A stretch of 64,000 bases of DNA from assembly GCA_034226945.1 (NCBI GenBank), contig CP120459.1, positions 496,001 through 560,000 on the forward strand. Direction: 5' to 3'. The position numbers and the translations under genes were made by a program. Each line of letters opens with the position of its first letter. Position 1 is the first letter of the stretch. The DNA is from Picochlorum sp. SENEW3. Taxonomy: Eukaryota. The notes beneath the pieces are model-generated. The model ran no database searches. It was not told the origin of the DNA and saw only the letters and a list, made by a program, of their open reading frames with translations. Shown here piece after piece: positions 1 to 12,192 of this stretch.

Positions 1-584
1 TCCAGGTTGACGGAAAGGTCCGCACAGACAAGACCTACCCAGTCGGATTCATGGATGTGATCACCATTCCAAAGACCGATGAGCACTTCCGCTTGGTGTA
101 TGATGCCAAGGGACGTTTCACCGTTCACCGCATTTCGAAAGAGGAGGCTGCCTACAAGCTGTGCAAGGTTCGCCGTGTCCAGTTTGGCAAGGGAGGTGTG
201 CCATACATTGCCACCCACGATGGCCGCACTATTCGCTACCCTGACCCAGATATCAAGGAGAATGATACCGTCATGTTTGATATTGAGAGTGGAAAGATCA
301 GAGACTTTATCAAGTTTGACGTTGGAAACATGTGCATGGTGACTGGAGGTCATAACAATGGACGTGTAGGAATCATTGTGCACAAGGAGAAGCACAAGGG
401 AGCCTTTGATATCATCCAGATTAAGGATGCTGCTGGACACACATTTGCCACACGTGTTACAAATGTGTTTGTTATTGGAAAGGGTGACAAGCCACTCATC
501 TCCATGCCAAAGGGCAAGGGAATTAGATCCACAATCTTGGAGGAGCAGGCCAAGATTTATGGAAAGAGTATCCAGGATGCGTAA
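1..584 (+). CDS. RPS4: 40S ribosomal protein S4 (eS4), 5'-truncated by the window edge
   Basis: The frame is open from the window start ([20 protein letters not shown]). [12 protein letters not shown] and [13 protein letters not shown] are typical eS4 motifs. Confidence 0.97.
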   Translation, partial: QVDGKVRTDKTYPVGFMDVITIPKTDEHFRLVYDAKGRFTVHRISKEEAAYKLCKVRRVQFGKGGVPYIATHDGRTIRYPDPDIKENDTVMFDIESGKIRDFIKFDVGNMCMVTGGHNNGRVGIIVHKEKHKGAFDIIQIKDAAGHTFATRVTNVFVIGKGDKPLISMPKGKGIRSTILEEQAKIYGKSIQDA

Positions 585-678
585 TTTACATGTATTGGTA
601 GTTTCTGTAGTATCATTCACAGTCGTATGAGCGAGTGTGTGTAACAATGAATACATAATGATAATGATAAACATGGTG

Positions 679-702
679 GTAGTAGTAGTAGTAGTAGTAG
701 TA
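679..702. repeat. (GTA)8 microsatellite
   Basis: gtagtagtagtagtagtagtagta seen directly. Confidence 0.9.
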
Positions 703-708
703 CTAGTG

Positions 709-930
709 TCTCTGGTCCCAAGCAGTATATGGTCATGTCTGGGACGCTCATGTCTTCTTTTTCATAGAGACAGAGCATGTGTGGGACACCCATGCTACCG
801 CGGGGGTTGTCCCATCAAACATGGTCTTGGACCGGAGAGGGTACCTCAATCGCCAACTACTTTCGACTACTCGAGCATTTCGACTACCCGACGATACGCC
901 CCATGTTCTTGTATGCTCCTTGGTACCCTC
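709..930. ncRNA. Candidate structured non-coding element of unknown family
   Basis: Nested stems 709-718/829-838, 746-754/769-776, 781-788/808-815, 837-845/922-930 and 873-878/913-918 in an intergenic gap. Confidence 0.4.
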
Positions 931-974
931 GACCAAAGATACAACTTTAGGATAGTAAATTATCTATAATTGGG

Positions 975-3900
975 ATGGAGATTAATATAGAAGCAGATAC
1001 GAGGGGTCGAAGGAGTCATTCCGGTAGGATCTCCCTACCTGCGACATCCGTCCCACAACCTCCTCGAGTGAAAGTTGGGAAGGGAGGGAAGGATCATTCT
1101 AGAATAGTTTCATTAAAGGTTTGTTTTGATGCCATCGATCTGTGCTACGGGTGATTGATTGTTGGAAGAGGTTGCGAAGGATCTGTGTTGTGGGTGGCAT
1201 TCTCGTGTGGGGTGTGGGGGCAAAATGGGTGGCTGTGGGTGTCTGAATTTGGCATGATGTATTTTTAGAGAGTTTTTGGTGGGTGACTTAACGGTTTTAT
1301 GGCATATTGATGTGGTTGCAGTTGGAAGCGGAAGCTCTACAGATTTCTCCTCGGAGTCCACTCGTGAGTACGACTTTGGTGGAGAATGGATGGATATGCG
1401 GTATGTATTTTATAATAATACGGGAGTGTGGCGCTGATGGATGCATCATTGAGATGAGTTTGTATGTGTAGGGGAAAATGCGCACGGGCAGTTGGGAGTG
1501 TCACAAAAGTCTCAGGTGGTTGAGCCAACGCCACTGTCGTCGCAGCGATGGCAGGCTATTAGTCTTGGAGGAAAGCATAGTGCTGGGGTTGGAGATGGAG
1601 GGGAAGTGTATACGTGGGGGATGAATGATAAGGGGCAGTTGGGAGCTCCTGGTGGACCAAAGGCTGGCATGTGGGATGTTCCTCGGAGAGTAGAGCTTTT
1701 GTATGGATGGGATGTGCAGGGTGTTGCGTGCGGAGAGAATCATACAGTTGCGATAACACCGCATGATGTGATTACGTGGGGAGCGAATGATAAGGGGCAG
1801 TGCGGGCATGGAGAGAGGGCTGAGGTGGATTGGGTAAAGCCAAGGAGCCTCAAGTTTCTGCACGGTCAGATGGTTACCCAAGTTGTGTGTGGCTCTCATC
1901 ATACGTTGTGTGTGACGGCGACGTCGTTGGTGTTTGCGTGGGGAGATAATTCGTCCGGACAATTAGGGCTTGGGGATTTGAGGAATAGAAAGTCTCCATC
2001 TCTGGTGAATGGCCTTTGGGCACTCCCTGTGCGTCAATTGGCAGCTGGAGTTGCTCATAGTGCTGCGTTGACGTCAAACGGGTTTTTGTTTACGTGGGGA
2101 GAAGCAAGTAGTGGACAGTTGGGGCTGCCGTCATCTGCAGAGGAAGCGTCTCATGCTGCAATGAGTCGTACGACCAGTGAGAGAAGGCGAAATGCTCGCA
2201 GGGTGAATCAACGATTCATTCAGAAGATGTTAGACATGGGGATTACTGAAGAACATGCGATATTGGCGCTTATGGAAACCGGAAACGTTGGTGTGGAGGT
2301 GGCAGCTGAATGGTTGTTCTCTGTGCCTCAAGATGTGTTGGAGAGTCACTTGTCTGGTGAATTTTCAGAGGCCGAGTCTCCCACCGCGAGTCTTGATGTT
2401 ACTCCGCAGAGTCTTCATCATACAGGGGTTATCAATATTCCTCGACGAGTTCCGTTGCAGAAAGTGAAGAGTATGGCGGTTGGAGCTCATCATACACTGG
2501 CATGTACGGATGATGATGTATATTCATGGGGATGCAATAGTCATGGTCAGCTCGGGAATGGTGATTACACGAACCAAAAGCATCCGTATAGGATTTCTTG
2601 TTTGTCTGGTCACGCGATCACTCAAGTTGCTGCTGGATCTCGGCATTCCGTTTTTCTCAGCACTGATGGAACTGTTTATGCATGTGGAGAGATGTGTGGA
2701 CTCTTCCCGACAGATGTGTCAGATCCAGAGGATGTCCTGGAGGAATGCGAGATTCTGAGCACCTCGTCCTCATCTTTCTATGATACCTTCAAGCATGGGC
2801 ATGAAGGCACATATTTGCATAGATTTGACAGCGCCATGACACTTGGTGATTCTTCCGTGTCATCCTCTCTTCAGCTGAATCAGAGGGAGCCCCAGCAACT
2901 GGTTGGGCTCTGTTCTATTCCTGCGTCAGTTCCTTTGAAATTTCTTGAGAGTGATAATAAAAGAATGTCTTCAGCCGTCGTAAGTCAGGTTGTATGTGGC
3001 GATGGATCCACTGTGTTTTTAACCAGGAGATGTGATGAGTTGCCTGATATGCCACCGCCCTTGTTGAGGGAGAGACTTCAGGCTGCGCTCGAGTCCGTAG
3101 TCCAGTTGGACGATGCAGAGAGACAAGAGTATTTGATGCCAATATGCAGTGCGGTTGAAAAGGTTTTTGGTTCTGCTGCAGCAATATCATCTGCCTTTGG
3201 CATTCCTGATGCTGTTGGATTGGAATCATCGTTGCTGGAGCAAATTCAGCGGAAAATTCTGAGACTTGAACCCCCTCCAGCACCAAGGTTAGGAGATCCA
3301 CAGCCAGAGCGTGATGAACTCCATAAATCGCTTCGCATTGGTTTAGAGTCTCTCATCTTGGATATTGAAAGGAACATCAAACTCATGGGAACACCAGAGA
3401 GGGCTCAGGTGCTTTTAGCAGCTATGCAAAGTCCTCTTCTGGGCGATTCACGATGCTCAAATTCACTGATACCAAGAGTATGCAACATTGTTCTGGCAGC
3501 ACCGTCGACCTGTCGGCACTTGATGATTGGATGGTGGTCTTCATATGAACCGTTGCTGTTGGAAGAACGAGTTGTGAAACCACTTCAAAAGTACCTGACC
3601 GACGAATTGTATGCCACGAAAAAGCTGACAATTAGTGTGATGAATGCAATCAAGGTCCTTGCTCTTGTGGAAGAGGCAAATCAGTTGGGCAGGTTGCTGC
3701 CTCCAGAGGCATTTTACAATGAAGCTATTAGTGAGAAATTGGATGTTCTGGACCATTATGTTGCGTGGAGACAGACCCATGACATGCCAAGGCATACACA
3801 GACTAGCGATGGACCATTCTCATTCTGTTCGTATCCATTCTTGTTGAATCCGCGTGCGAAGAGTAAGTTGTTGCACACAGAGGCCCGCATCCAGATGGAC

Positions 3901-5331
3901 CAGACAATTGCAGATGCTAGAGCAGAGGCCCAGAACGGCAAGAAGATGTCTGATGAACCCATTGTACCTGGACCAAAGCTTCCAAAGAGATCAAAAAAGA
4001 AAAATTCGAGAAGAGCGGGATCTGTGCAACGAAGAGCATCCCGTGACAGTCGTCAAGTCCACAATGGAGGACCATCAGGCTTCCAGCGGGGGCAATCCTC
4101 TCGCTGGAGACTGTTCCCAGCATCTCGCCAAGTGCACGATGACGGGCACGTATCGGATGATAATGAAGTTGAGGCATCGGAGCCTGCTCAATCTGACGGA
4201 TCCCCTCTATGGAAGCATGGCTCGCTTGGCTTGCCTAGTCCAGATGAATCTGGCTTCCCAGCAACACATCCAGAAATGTGCATTGTTAGGATACGACGAT
4301 GCCATTTATTAGAAGATGCGCTGAACGAAGTTTCCCGACAGCGCCCTCGTGATTTATTCAAACCACTTAGAGTTCACTTCATTGGTGAAGATGGTGTGGA
4401 TGCTGGTGGTGTCAAGAAGGAATTTTTCCAGTTGCTCATGACTGAACTCTTGTCACCAGATTATGGGATGCTCATTTTCCAGGAAGAAACTAGAACATAC
4501 TGGTTTGATCCAGGAACATTTGAATCAGATGATGCCTTTTTCTTGCTGGGACTGATTGTGGGGCTTGCTGTGTACAATGGAGTCCTCTTGGACCTTCCCT
4601 TGCCATTGGCTCTCTACAGGAAAATTCTGGGATTAGATGTGAAACTGAGAGATTTGAAAGATATCCAGCCAACTCTTGTGAAATCTTTGGACCAAATCCT
4701 GCAATTTTCTGGCCCAGGAAGCGTCGAAGATGTCTTCTGCCAGACGTTTAGTGTCCCAATGGTCAAGGGGGGCCAGGCGTTGGATGTGCCACTGTGCCCT
4801 GGTGGGGAGGATCGAGTAGTTACAGAAGATAATCGACGCGAGTTTGTAGATCTCTATGTCAAATGGTGGCTCATCGATTCTGTCGAAAAGCAATTCGAGG
4901 CATTCCTCAAGGGCTTGTTGACGCTGTGTGGAGGACCTGCCTTGCAGCTTTTCTCTCCCACCGAATTAGAGAGACTAGTATGTGGCACCCCATGTCTCGA
5001 TTTTGAAGGTTTACAGAAAGCTGCAAAATACGAGGGCGGGTTCAATGCACACCATCGCGTTGTCCGGTGGCTCTGGTTTGTTGTGAGATCACTCCCAGAC
5101 GACGAGAAGAAATCATTCCTCAAGTTTGTGACTGGGAGTGACAGAGCTCCTATCGGAGGGCTCTCAAATTTACGAGTTGTCATCCAAAGAGACGGCGCTG
5201 ACTCTTCAAAATTGCCAACATCTCACACCTGCTTCAACACGCTCCTGCTACCATCATATTCCTCGAGAGAAAAATTACAAGACAGACTCAAACTGGCAAT
5301 CTTAAATGCAGAAGGCTTTGGCCTCGAATAA
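975..5331 (+). CDS. HERC-like HECT E3 ubiquitin ligase with RCC1 repeats and an inserted UBA domain (3 exons)
   Basis: RCC1 repeats (WGxNxxGQLG), GEDGVDAGGVKKEFF and C-terminal LPTSHTCFN with the catalytic Cys. Manual splicing gives exons 975-1118, 1322-1400 and ~1472-5331, all in frame. Confidence 0.9.
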
Positions 5332-5374
5332 AACAGTTTTCGTATTTCGTGACTTTTTAAAAATGTAAACTGCT

Positions 5375-5853
5375 TCATTCCATTGCCCCTCCTTGGGCTT
5401 TATCCTTTGCTTGCTGAAACAATTGCTGCTGCATTTTAATAAGTTCCTCCTGGCTCATCCCATTCAAGCTCGCAGCCTTTTTATTTTTCAAATTCTTTGC
5501 CTCTTTCTTTTCCGACTTCCATTCATCCAACGCTGCACATTGCACTATGTGTCATATTCTGGCAAAACAGTGTACACAACATGTACTATATTCGTACCCT
5601 TCTCCAACACTGGAATATACGACTCAAAACCCAACTCCTTGGCAGCCTGTACCACATCCTCAGGCTGAATTGTCGCCCTCTTATTCCTCTCGCTAATCTC
5701 ATTCGCTGTCGACGATAACACGTGTATCAAGGTGGTACAGCAAGACACCACCAAGTCTGACGTCTCACCCCCTACCTTCATATCCTCAGGAACGCGTTCC
5801 TTTATCGCCTTGACAATTGTTGCCTTTGGCAACATCAAATCATCGTCAAACAT
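5375..5853 (-). CDS. DR1: NC2 beta / Dr1 histone-fold transcription cofactor (2 exons)
   Basis: DDLMLPKATIVKAIKE and STANEISE...TIQPEDV. The second exon encodes MSQEELIKMQQQLFQQAK and ends at TGA 5375-5377. Confidence 0.88.
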
Positions 5854-6112
5854 ATCTATTCGCTCTATTGACTATAAAAGAACAAAAAGGACGTCTCGAA
5901 AAATGCCGTAAAACATGACAGTGGCTGAACACTCGCCTAGGTCTCCAGTGACACCCTTTTTCTATCAAAATAACGCTTCACTTTATAGATACTTCTCTTG
6001 AAACAATGGTGCTGTTATACATCTTCTTCTCGTCACATTCGTTCTTAAGAAAGCTTTCTAAAACGTTTCAAATAAGGACCATAATGAGCTTTTTGCAGAA
6101 AAGAAACATGTC

Positions 6113-6685
6113 ATGTTCCCCTCAGTCATTCTCAATACACTGAATGAAATATCCGTTGGAAGAAAACAGTTGCCAATGTATCGGCATTCTTGGTTTCAGA
6201 GCAACGCCATTGTGGAGGTGGATATCATGGCCAAGGGGATTCCAGAGAGTCAAGTGTCCGTGGAATTCAGTCCCCATTCCCTTCATATCGTGATTTCAGA
6301 TGGATATGACACTACATTTGACTTGTATGATGAGATTAATCCCTCGGAATCGAGCTACGCTGTTCTGAAGACAAAGGTCGAGATTCGGTTGGTGAAAAAG
6401 ATGGCAGGCGTGCAGTGGCCCCGCTTGGAGCAAGTGACTAGTGAGGAAGAGCAGACGCAGAAGACGCATGATCGAAAGGATTGGGATACGATTGAACGAG
6501 AGATTCGTGGGGACGAGGAGGAGGAAAATCAGGATGATGATGTCATGGGATTTTTCAAAAAGATTTTTGCAGATGCGGATGATGATACCAGAAAAGCCAT
6601 GATGAAGAGTTATCAGGAATCTGGTGGGACTGCTCTCAGCACGAATTGGGCAGATGTGTCCTCAAAGGATTACAAGAATAAATAA
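6113..6685 (+). CDS. SGT1: SGT1-like co-chaperone (CS and SGS domains; no TPR seen)
   Basis: YRHSWFQS (CS domain); FFKKIFADADDDTRKAMMKSYQESGGTALSTNW (SGS domain). Confidence 0.85.
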   Translation: MFPSVILNTLNEISVGRKQLPMYRHSWFQSNAIVEVDIMAKGIPESQVSVEFSPHSLHIVISDGYDTTFDLYDEINPSESSYAVLKTKVEIRLVKKMAGVQWPRLEQVTSEEEQTQKTHDRKDWDTIEREIRGDEEEENQDDDVMGFFKKIFADADDDTRKAMMKSYQESGGTALSTNWADVSSKDYKNK

Positions 6686-6693
6686 TGTTAGCA

Positions 6694-7842
6694 CTACGTG
6701 GGCAGGGCAGCTTTCTGGCCTGCCTTCAACCCCGTCTTAATTTGAAGTTGGGAGAGCTGGGACCTGATATTGTCCTGAGTCTCCTGGATGGTTCCATGTA
6801 CCAACCCGGAGACATCCGTCATGACATCTCCGACATCAAACATGGCTTTAATGTTATTCATAAAGCCTGCCGGCGGACGGCATGGGTCCATATAGTCCCT
6901 GGGAGGGAATGCATAGGCATGTCCCAGTGCTGCTGCAAACATTTCCAAGCAAATCAAAAAGTTTTGGAGTCCAGCGGCGACGTCACCAGTATCATACGTC
7001 GACCACTCTGCTGGGTGTATTAAGTTCGTCTCTGCGGCTATATCAATCAACAAAGACTGCCAAAACGTTAAGAATACCACAGCTTTGATGGCAATGAACT
7101 TGGGGAGAGGCCGAATAGGTGCCAGCTCTTTATTTGTGGCTTCATACAAAAGCACCAAGCAGTACAATGCCCACATTTGGGAGCAATTATTCACAAATGT
7201 AACATACGGATACACGCAGTGAAGTTTAAATTCCCCTTCACAGTACACCCCAGCAATATTTGCAGCCACAGAGATGGCAGCCATCAATGGCCGTGCAATA
7301 ACATACGACAAGACTCCCCTCTTTGTCTCCCAAAAGAACACGTCGCCCATAGACCACGGTCGAATCCATTTATTCACCGGCCAAATGTGCTGTACCTGCT
7401 CCTTTGTTGAGAAATAACTCGCAACATCCCCATACTCATCCTCCAAATACCCAACAAGATACATGTAAAAATTATAAATAACAAAAGCTTCGTAGCACTC
7501 CCTCACAGGATCTATGTAAAAGCTCGCATCTTTAAATCGCAGGCAAAGCCAACTATCAACCGCATAGATGGGAACCATCCACAGTATACGAACCACCCGT
7601 ATCTGCAGTTTGGGGCAGTTGTAATACTCCAAGTGCATTGCTACTTCATACACAGACACAGACACGGCTAAAATCACAAAGATACCAGCCATAAACCAAG
7701 CCTGGTAATGTACACTGAAGTCAGCCTTCTTAAACTCGTACATCATCCATGGCAACGCTGATAACGTGCAAACAGCAATCAGAACCCAGACCATTCGAAT
7801 GACTCGACGGATGGGAACCCCACAGAGCGTCCTTCCCAACAT
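6694..7842 (-). CDS. TMEM184/OST-alpha (LAZ1-like) membrane protein
   Basis: RILWMVPIYA, RECYEAFVIYNF, KFIAIKAVVFLTFWQ and QNFLICLEM; multiple TM helices. Confidence 0.92.
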   Translation of the reverse strand: MLGRTLCGVPIRRVIRMVWVLIAVCTLSALPWMMYEFKKADFSVHYQAWFMAGIFVILAVSVSVYEVAMHLEYYNCPKLQIRVVRILWMVPIYAVDSWLCLRFKDASFYIDPVRECYEAFVIYNFYMYLVGYLEDEYGDVASYFSTKEQVQHIWPVNKWIRPWSMGDVFFWETKRGVLSYVIARPLMAAISVAANIAGVYCEGEFKLHCVYPYVTFVNNCSQMWALYCLVLLYEATNKELAPIRPLPKFIAIKAVVFLTFWQSLLIDIAAETNLIHPAEWSTYDTGDVAAGLQNFLICLEMFAAALGHAYAFPPRDYMDPCRPPAGFMNNIKAMFDVGDVMTDVSGLVHGTIQETQDNIRSQLSQLQIKTGLKAGQKAALPT

Positions 7843-8206
7843 CTTGAATATATTTTACTATATTCTATCTAGGAAATAGTTCTAGGTGACCAAGGTATGG
7901 GGTTTATTCGTCGGTTGAACCAACAATAACCACCTCCATGTCGCTCAAACGGTTCTGTGATGTATCAGTCCGTCCAAACAGTATTTATATTTTAAATATA
8001 CCATACTATGTATCTAGATGACACCGTTCTATGCCAATATGCGTCATCTCAAATTTCAGACATGAGAAGCACTCCGTATATAAAACATAAAGTATCCATG
8101 GAGCATCACCACAATCCATTAGTGCTGTAACCCACACTAATTAATTAATTCCATCCCTCATCGATACGATGTCGTCGCTATAGATTGATTTATCTCGTCT
8201 TTTAAA

Positions 8207-8920
8207 ATGTCTTTTACCAGTGCAATGACATCGCCATCGCAGGCCTCCTCTCGTCGGTGCTCCATGGGATATTCATCGAGTTTGCGACACCCTCCAACGC
8301 AACCGTGGGGGAATCATAGAGCATTACCATGCATTTTTGCTCATCGACGAGTCTCAGGAAGTTCTAGTGCGATGCCGAAGGATAGGGATGGCCAGGATGA
8401 TTGGGTCACGTCACGAAATAACGTGGGTGGTGCTGTGCTGTCCATGGCTGCCTTTTTGGGGAGTGTCATGCTGACAATGGAGTCGCCAGTATATGCTGTC
8501 TCAGGAGGGGGTGGCATGGGGACATCGTTGTCCTTCTCTGACTTCTCTGGACAGGATTTGAGTAGAAAGAACTTTAACAAGGCTGATTTGAGGGGGGCTA
8601 ATTTGACAGGGACTAGCCTGGAGGGAGCCCAGATGTTTGGTGCCATTTGCTCAGAAGCCAAGTTTGTTGGGGCGAATCTGAGATATGCGGATTTGGAGAG
8701 TGCCGATCTCGAAGGCGCGGATTTATCCAATGCGGTGTTGGAAGGAGCCATGTTGTCCAACACCCAATTCAGGGCCATCAAGTCAATAGAAGGGGCTGAT
8801 TTTACGGATGCGTTGATTCGAAAAGATGTGGCAAAAGCATTGTGTGGATTGGAGAGTGCCAAAGGAACCAATCCAGAGACTGGTGTGGACACGCGAGAGA
8901 GTTTGAACTGTGGTCCATGA
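8207..8920 (+). CDS. Thylakoid lumenal pentapeptide-repeat protein
   Basis: Bipartite transit-like N-terminus, A(D/N)LxG pentapeptide repeats, C-terminal GTNPETGVDTRESLNC. Confidence 0.88.
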   Translation: MSFTSAMTSPSQASSRRCSMGYSSSLRHPPTQPWGNHRALPCIFAHRRVSGSSSAMPKDRDGQDDWVTSRNNVGGAVLSMAAFLGSVMLTMESPVYAVSGGGGMGTSLSFSDFSGQDLSRKNFNKADLRGANLTGTSLEGAQMFGAICSEAKFVGANLRYADLESADLEGADLSNAVLEGAMLSNTQFRAIKSIEGADFTDALIRKDVAKALCGLESAKGTNPETGVDTRESLNCGP

Positions 8921-8969
8921 TGAACATGTCACACACATAGATGCTGTTGTTGTTCCTGTAAAAGAAAAT

Positions 8970-10634
8970 TCAGATATTATTATTATTTGCCGATACAGTG
9001 GCAGTATTGCGTGCTACAGCACGCGTGGCTTCATGTTTGAAATCAATTCTGTAAAAGACTATACCCATGACAAGACCAATCAAGGTGTTGACGATTGCCA
9101 CCCCTCCCCACAAGCCATTCATATGGTACTGAGCTTTGAATGCAAGAAACGCAGCCGTTGGTATACCTATTAACCAGTACATGATGATGTTGACAACAGC
9201 ACCCGTTACAAGTCTGCCAGAACCTCTGAGGACGCCTTGCAAGCAGCAATTCACCCCATCTCCAGGGAGAGACAGAGCAAAAAGAGGCATGGCGATGGAG
9301 ATGCAGTCAACTACATGTTCGCTATTTGAAAACAATCCCCCGACTTTATTTCGACTCAATAGTAACACCACAGCTGTGCATACTTCAAAGAGGAACCCAA
9401 ACCTGACTGCTGAGACAGCAAAGGCTCTTGCATCTCTTGCAAACCCTGCTCCAAGGGACTGCGCTATGAGCACCGACGCAGAAAAGCTAAAACCATTGAC
9501 TATTGTCCAAACAAATCCGCTGATGTTCATCATGATACCCATGGATGCCATATGAACTTTTGCATGGGGCAACAATCCAGAGAGGATTGTGATTGCTTCA
9601 AAGGCACTCCACTCGCTCAAAATCATGACACACCCCGGAACAGCAATTTTGAGAAATTCTGCGTATCCATCCAAAGAAAATACATGCGCAGCAGAAAATC
9701 CACCCCATGTACGTGGCAATGGTTTACACCACTCAATGACAATTGTCATGATCAATAACATCAGTGCCATCGTAAAACTGACGCATACGCTCACAAGTGC
9801 AGCCCCATCCACTCCCAAATCAAAATAATAGATTAGGAGATAATTGTACAAAGGACAAAGACAGCACGTGATCCCAGTACTCAATGCCATGGGCCGCACA
9901 ATCCCCTGACAACTCAGGTACCTCTTGAGTGATTCATACAGTGCATTCAACGGCAACGCTGGCGACATGAGCATAATATACCGCGACGCAGCCACAGAAA
10001 GTTCTTCATCTTGACCAAGCAGGCTAAAAATTGGTTTCGTGCATGTCCCCCATGCACCTATGATACATGCAGAAAGAATCCCATTCAATACCAATCCCTT
10101 CTGAAGAATGATGCCAACCGACTCATAGTGTCCTGCTCCAAACGCATTACCACACAGCGTTTCCAGCGCTGATGTAAACCCTTGCAACACTGCAAAACCT
10201 GTGGCGTTAAACAGCGTGGTTGCCAACACACTCGTCGCCAGAGCCATATCATTCACATGGCCAACAAAACTCATGTTAATCAGACTAATCGCAAAGTACA
10301 AGAGATTCGATGTCGCAATTGGAAGAAAAAGCGCCATCAATCTGTTCGAATACTCGGGTGCCGCATGTCCTGTACCCCTGTCATAGTTGTTCAGTTCACT
10401 TCGAATGGACACCATAATATCAATGCTTTCCCCATTCGAGGACACGTCATCATCATCATTGTCCTCGCTGTCTTCGTCACCATCATGAGCAACATTTTCC
10501 TCTGGCCTCATCCTCCAATGAAATGAATTCTGAAAAGGCGAAGGCAACAGAGACTTTCTACTCTCCCCTGACAGCAGGGGGACGCTCGTCGCATGCTCCT
10601 CCTTTCGACGCTCATCATCCCCAATATCCCCCAT
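8970..10634 (-). CDS. MATE family transporter
   Basis: GFTSALETLCGNAFGA, EWSAFE and LQGVLRGSG; about 12 TM segments. Confidence 0.93.
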   Translation of the reverse strand: MGDIGDDERRKEEHATSVPLLSGESRKSLLPSPFQNSFHWRMRPEENVAHDGDEDSEDNDDDDVSSNGESIDIMVSIRSELNNYDRGTGHAAPEYSNRLMALFLPIATSNLLYFAISLINMSFVGHVNDMALATSVLATTLFNATGFAVLQGFTSALETLCGNAFGAGHYESVGIILQKGLVLNGILSACIIGAWGTCTKPIFSLLGQDEELSVAASRYIMLMSPALPLNALYESLKRYLSCQGIVRPMALSTGITCCLCPLYNYLLIYYFDLGVDGAALVSVCVSFTMALMLLIMTIVIEWCKPLPRTWGGFSAAHVFSLDGYAEFLKIAVPGCVMILSEWSAFEAITILSGLLPHAKVHMASMGIMMNISGFVWTIVNGFSFSASVLIAQSLGAGFARDARAFAVSAVRFGFLFEVCTAVVLLLSRNKVGGLFSNSEHVVDCISIAMPLFALSLPGDGVNCCLQGVLRGSGRLVTGAVVNIIMYWLIGIPTAAFLAFKAQYHMNGLWGGVAIVNTLIGLVMGIVFYRIDFKHEATRAVARNTATVSANNNNI

Positions 10635-11199
10635 ATCTCATTCTATGTATTCTATAGTACGAACAGAAACAAAATCGATACACAATATCGGCAGTATCAC
10701 CATGAAAGACCACTCTCAGTGTTTTCTGCTCTGTCTCCAACCTCTCCACGTTTACGATGGCATTCCTTCTATCCATTCAATTTTTTAATATGAGAATATA
10801 TACCCACGAAACGCAATGCTTTATGGTGGAAGAGTACCACCGCAGCATGAGCGCAGTCTCTGTCTTAATTTCGAACGAAGCAGAGATCTCTAGAGATCTG
10901 GAGATCTCCATGGTGGGTTTATGACCCTGCCTGATGAATATATATATACATGTGGGTTGGAGAGGGATTGCTCCATACATTTAAGTTAAGACATATGATA
11001 TTTTTTTACTTGTCAAAATCGTTGCGAAAGCGAGATCTGAGGATGCATAGATGTCGTACACATACCCTGTATAAGTATCCACCTTCTTCGAGACTCTGAT
11101 AATGAAGCAGTAAAACTGTTCTCCGGTGTTTTATTGAATATAGAAAAACATCATCAGGGCAAAAATATATGAAAAGAGAGGAACTTGGGTGAGAAAAAA

Positions 11200-12192
11200 A
11201 TGGACACAGCATTGTTGCTTGCTTCCAGAAATGTTGGTCAATTACATAGAGTTAGTGCCCTGATTAGTGAAGGGGCTAATGTGAATGCTGTTGATCCTGA
11301 TGGATGGACTGCATTGATGCTTGCTTGTAGATTTGGCGATGCTGAAACAGCCCGTGCGTTGATTAGAGCTGGAGCTAATGTGAATGCTACTCGTGATACT
11401 ACTGGAGAGACTGTATTAATGCTTGCTTCCGGATCACGTGGAGGTGCTGAGAGTGTCCGCGCCTTAATACGAGCAGATGCTGACGTGCATGTCGAAAGTC
11501 ACCACGGGCAGACTGCATTGATGTTTGCTTCTGGATGCAGAGGAGGTGAGGAGAGTGTCAGAGCCTTGATTAGAGAAGGGGCTGATATACATGCTACTGA
11601 TAACAATGGATGGACTGCTTTGATGTTTGCTAGTAGATATGGTGGTGATGAAAGAGCACACAGATTGATTATGGCTGGGGCTGATGTTAATGCTGTGAGT
11701 AATCATGGTCAGACTGCATTGATGATTGCGTCTGGATCTCATGGAGGTGTTCAGAGAGTCCGTGCCTTGATCAGTGCTGGTGCTGATGTCAATGCCACAA
11801 GTCACCACGGGCAGACTGCATTGATGTTTGCGTCAGGATATGGTGGTGAGATTGAACGAGTCCGTGGATTGATTAGAGATGGGGCTAGTAGTATGGATGA
11901 TTTTCCTCATGGAAATACTGCATGGATGCATGCTTCTGGAAATGGTGATTCAGAAAGTGTCCGTGCATTGATTTACTATGGTGCTGATGTGAATGCTCGG
12001 CATAATGATGGCTCTACTGCATTGATGTATGCATGTCGATATGGTGATGTTGAGAGAGTCCTTGTATTGATTCAAGCTGGTGCTGATGTGACTGCTCAGC
12101 ATAATGATGGATCTACTGCATTGATGTATGCATCTCGATATGATGATCTTGAGAAAGTCCGTGTATTGATTGAAACTGGTGCTGATGTATGA
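11200..12192 (+). CDS. Intronless ankyrin-repeat protein; last repeat frameshifted
   Basis: About 10 repeats of GxTALMxAS...VRALIxAGADVNA. Confidence 0.9.
   Translation: MDTALLLASRNVGQLHRVSALISEGANVNAVDPDGWTALMLACRFGDAETARALIRAGANVNATRDTTGETVLMLASGSRGGAESVRALIRADADVHVESHHGQTALMFASGCRGGEESVRALIREGADIHATDNNGWTALMFASRYGGDERAHRLIMAGADVNAVSNHGQTALMIASGSHGGVQRVRALISAGADVNATSHHGQTALMFASGYGGEIERVRGLIRDGASSMDDFPHGNTAWMHASGNGDSESVRALIYYGADVNARHNDGSTALMYACRYGDVERVLVLIQAGADVTAQHNDGSTALMYASRYDDLEKVRVLIETGADV

Noticed and set aside
1022..1098. Resemblance to the 18S 3' end or U3 box A (ggaaggatcatt)
   Set aside because: It lies in the in-frame first exon of the HERC-like gene and the match is short.
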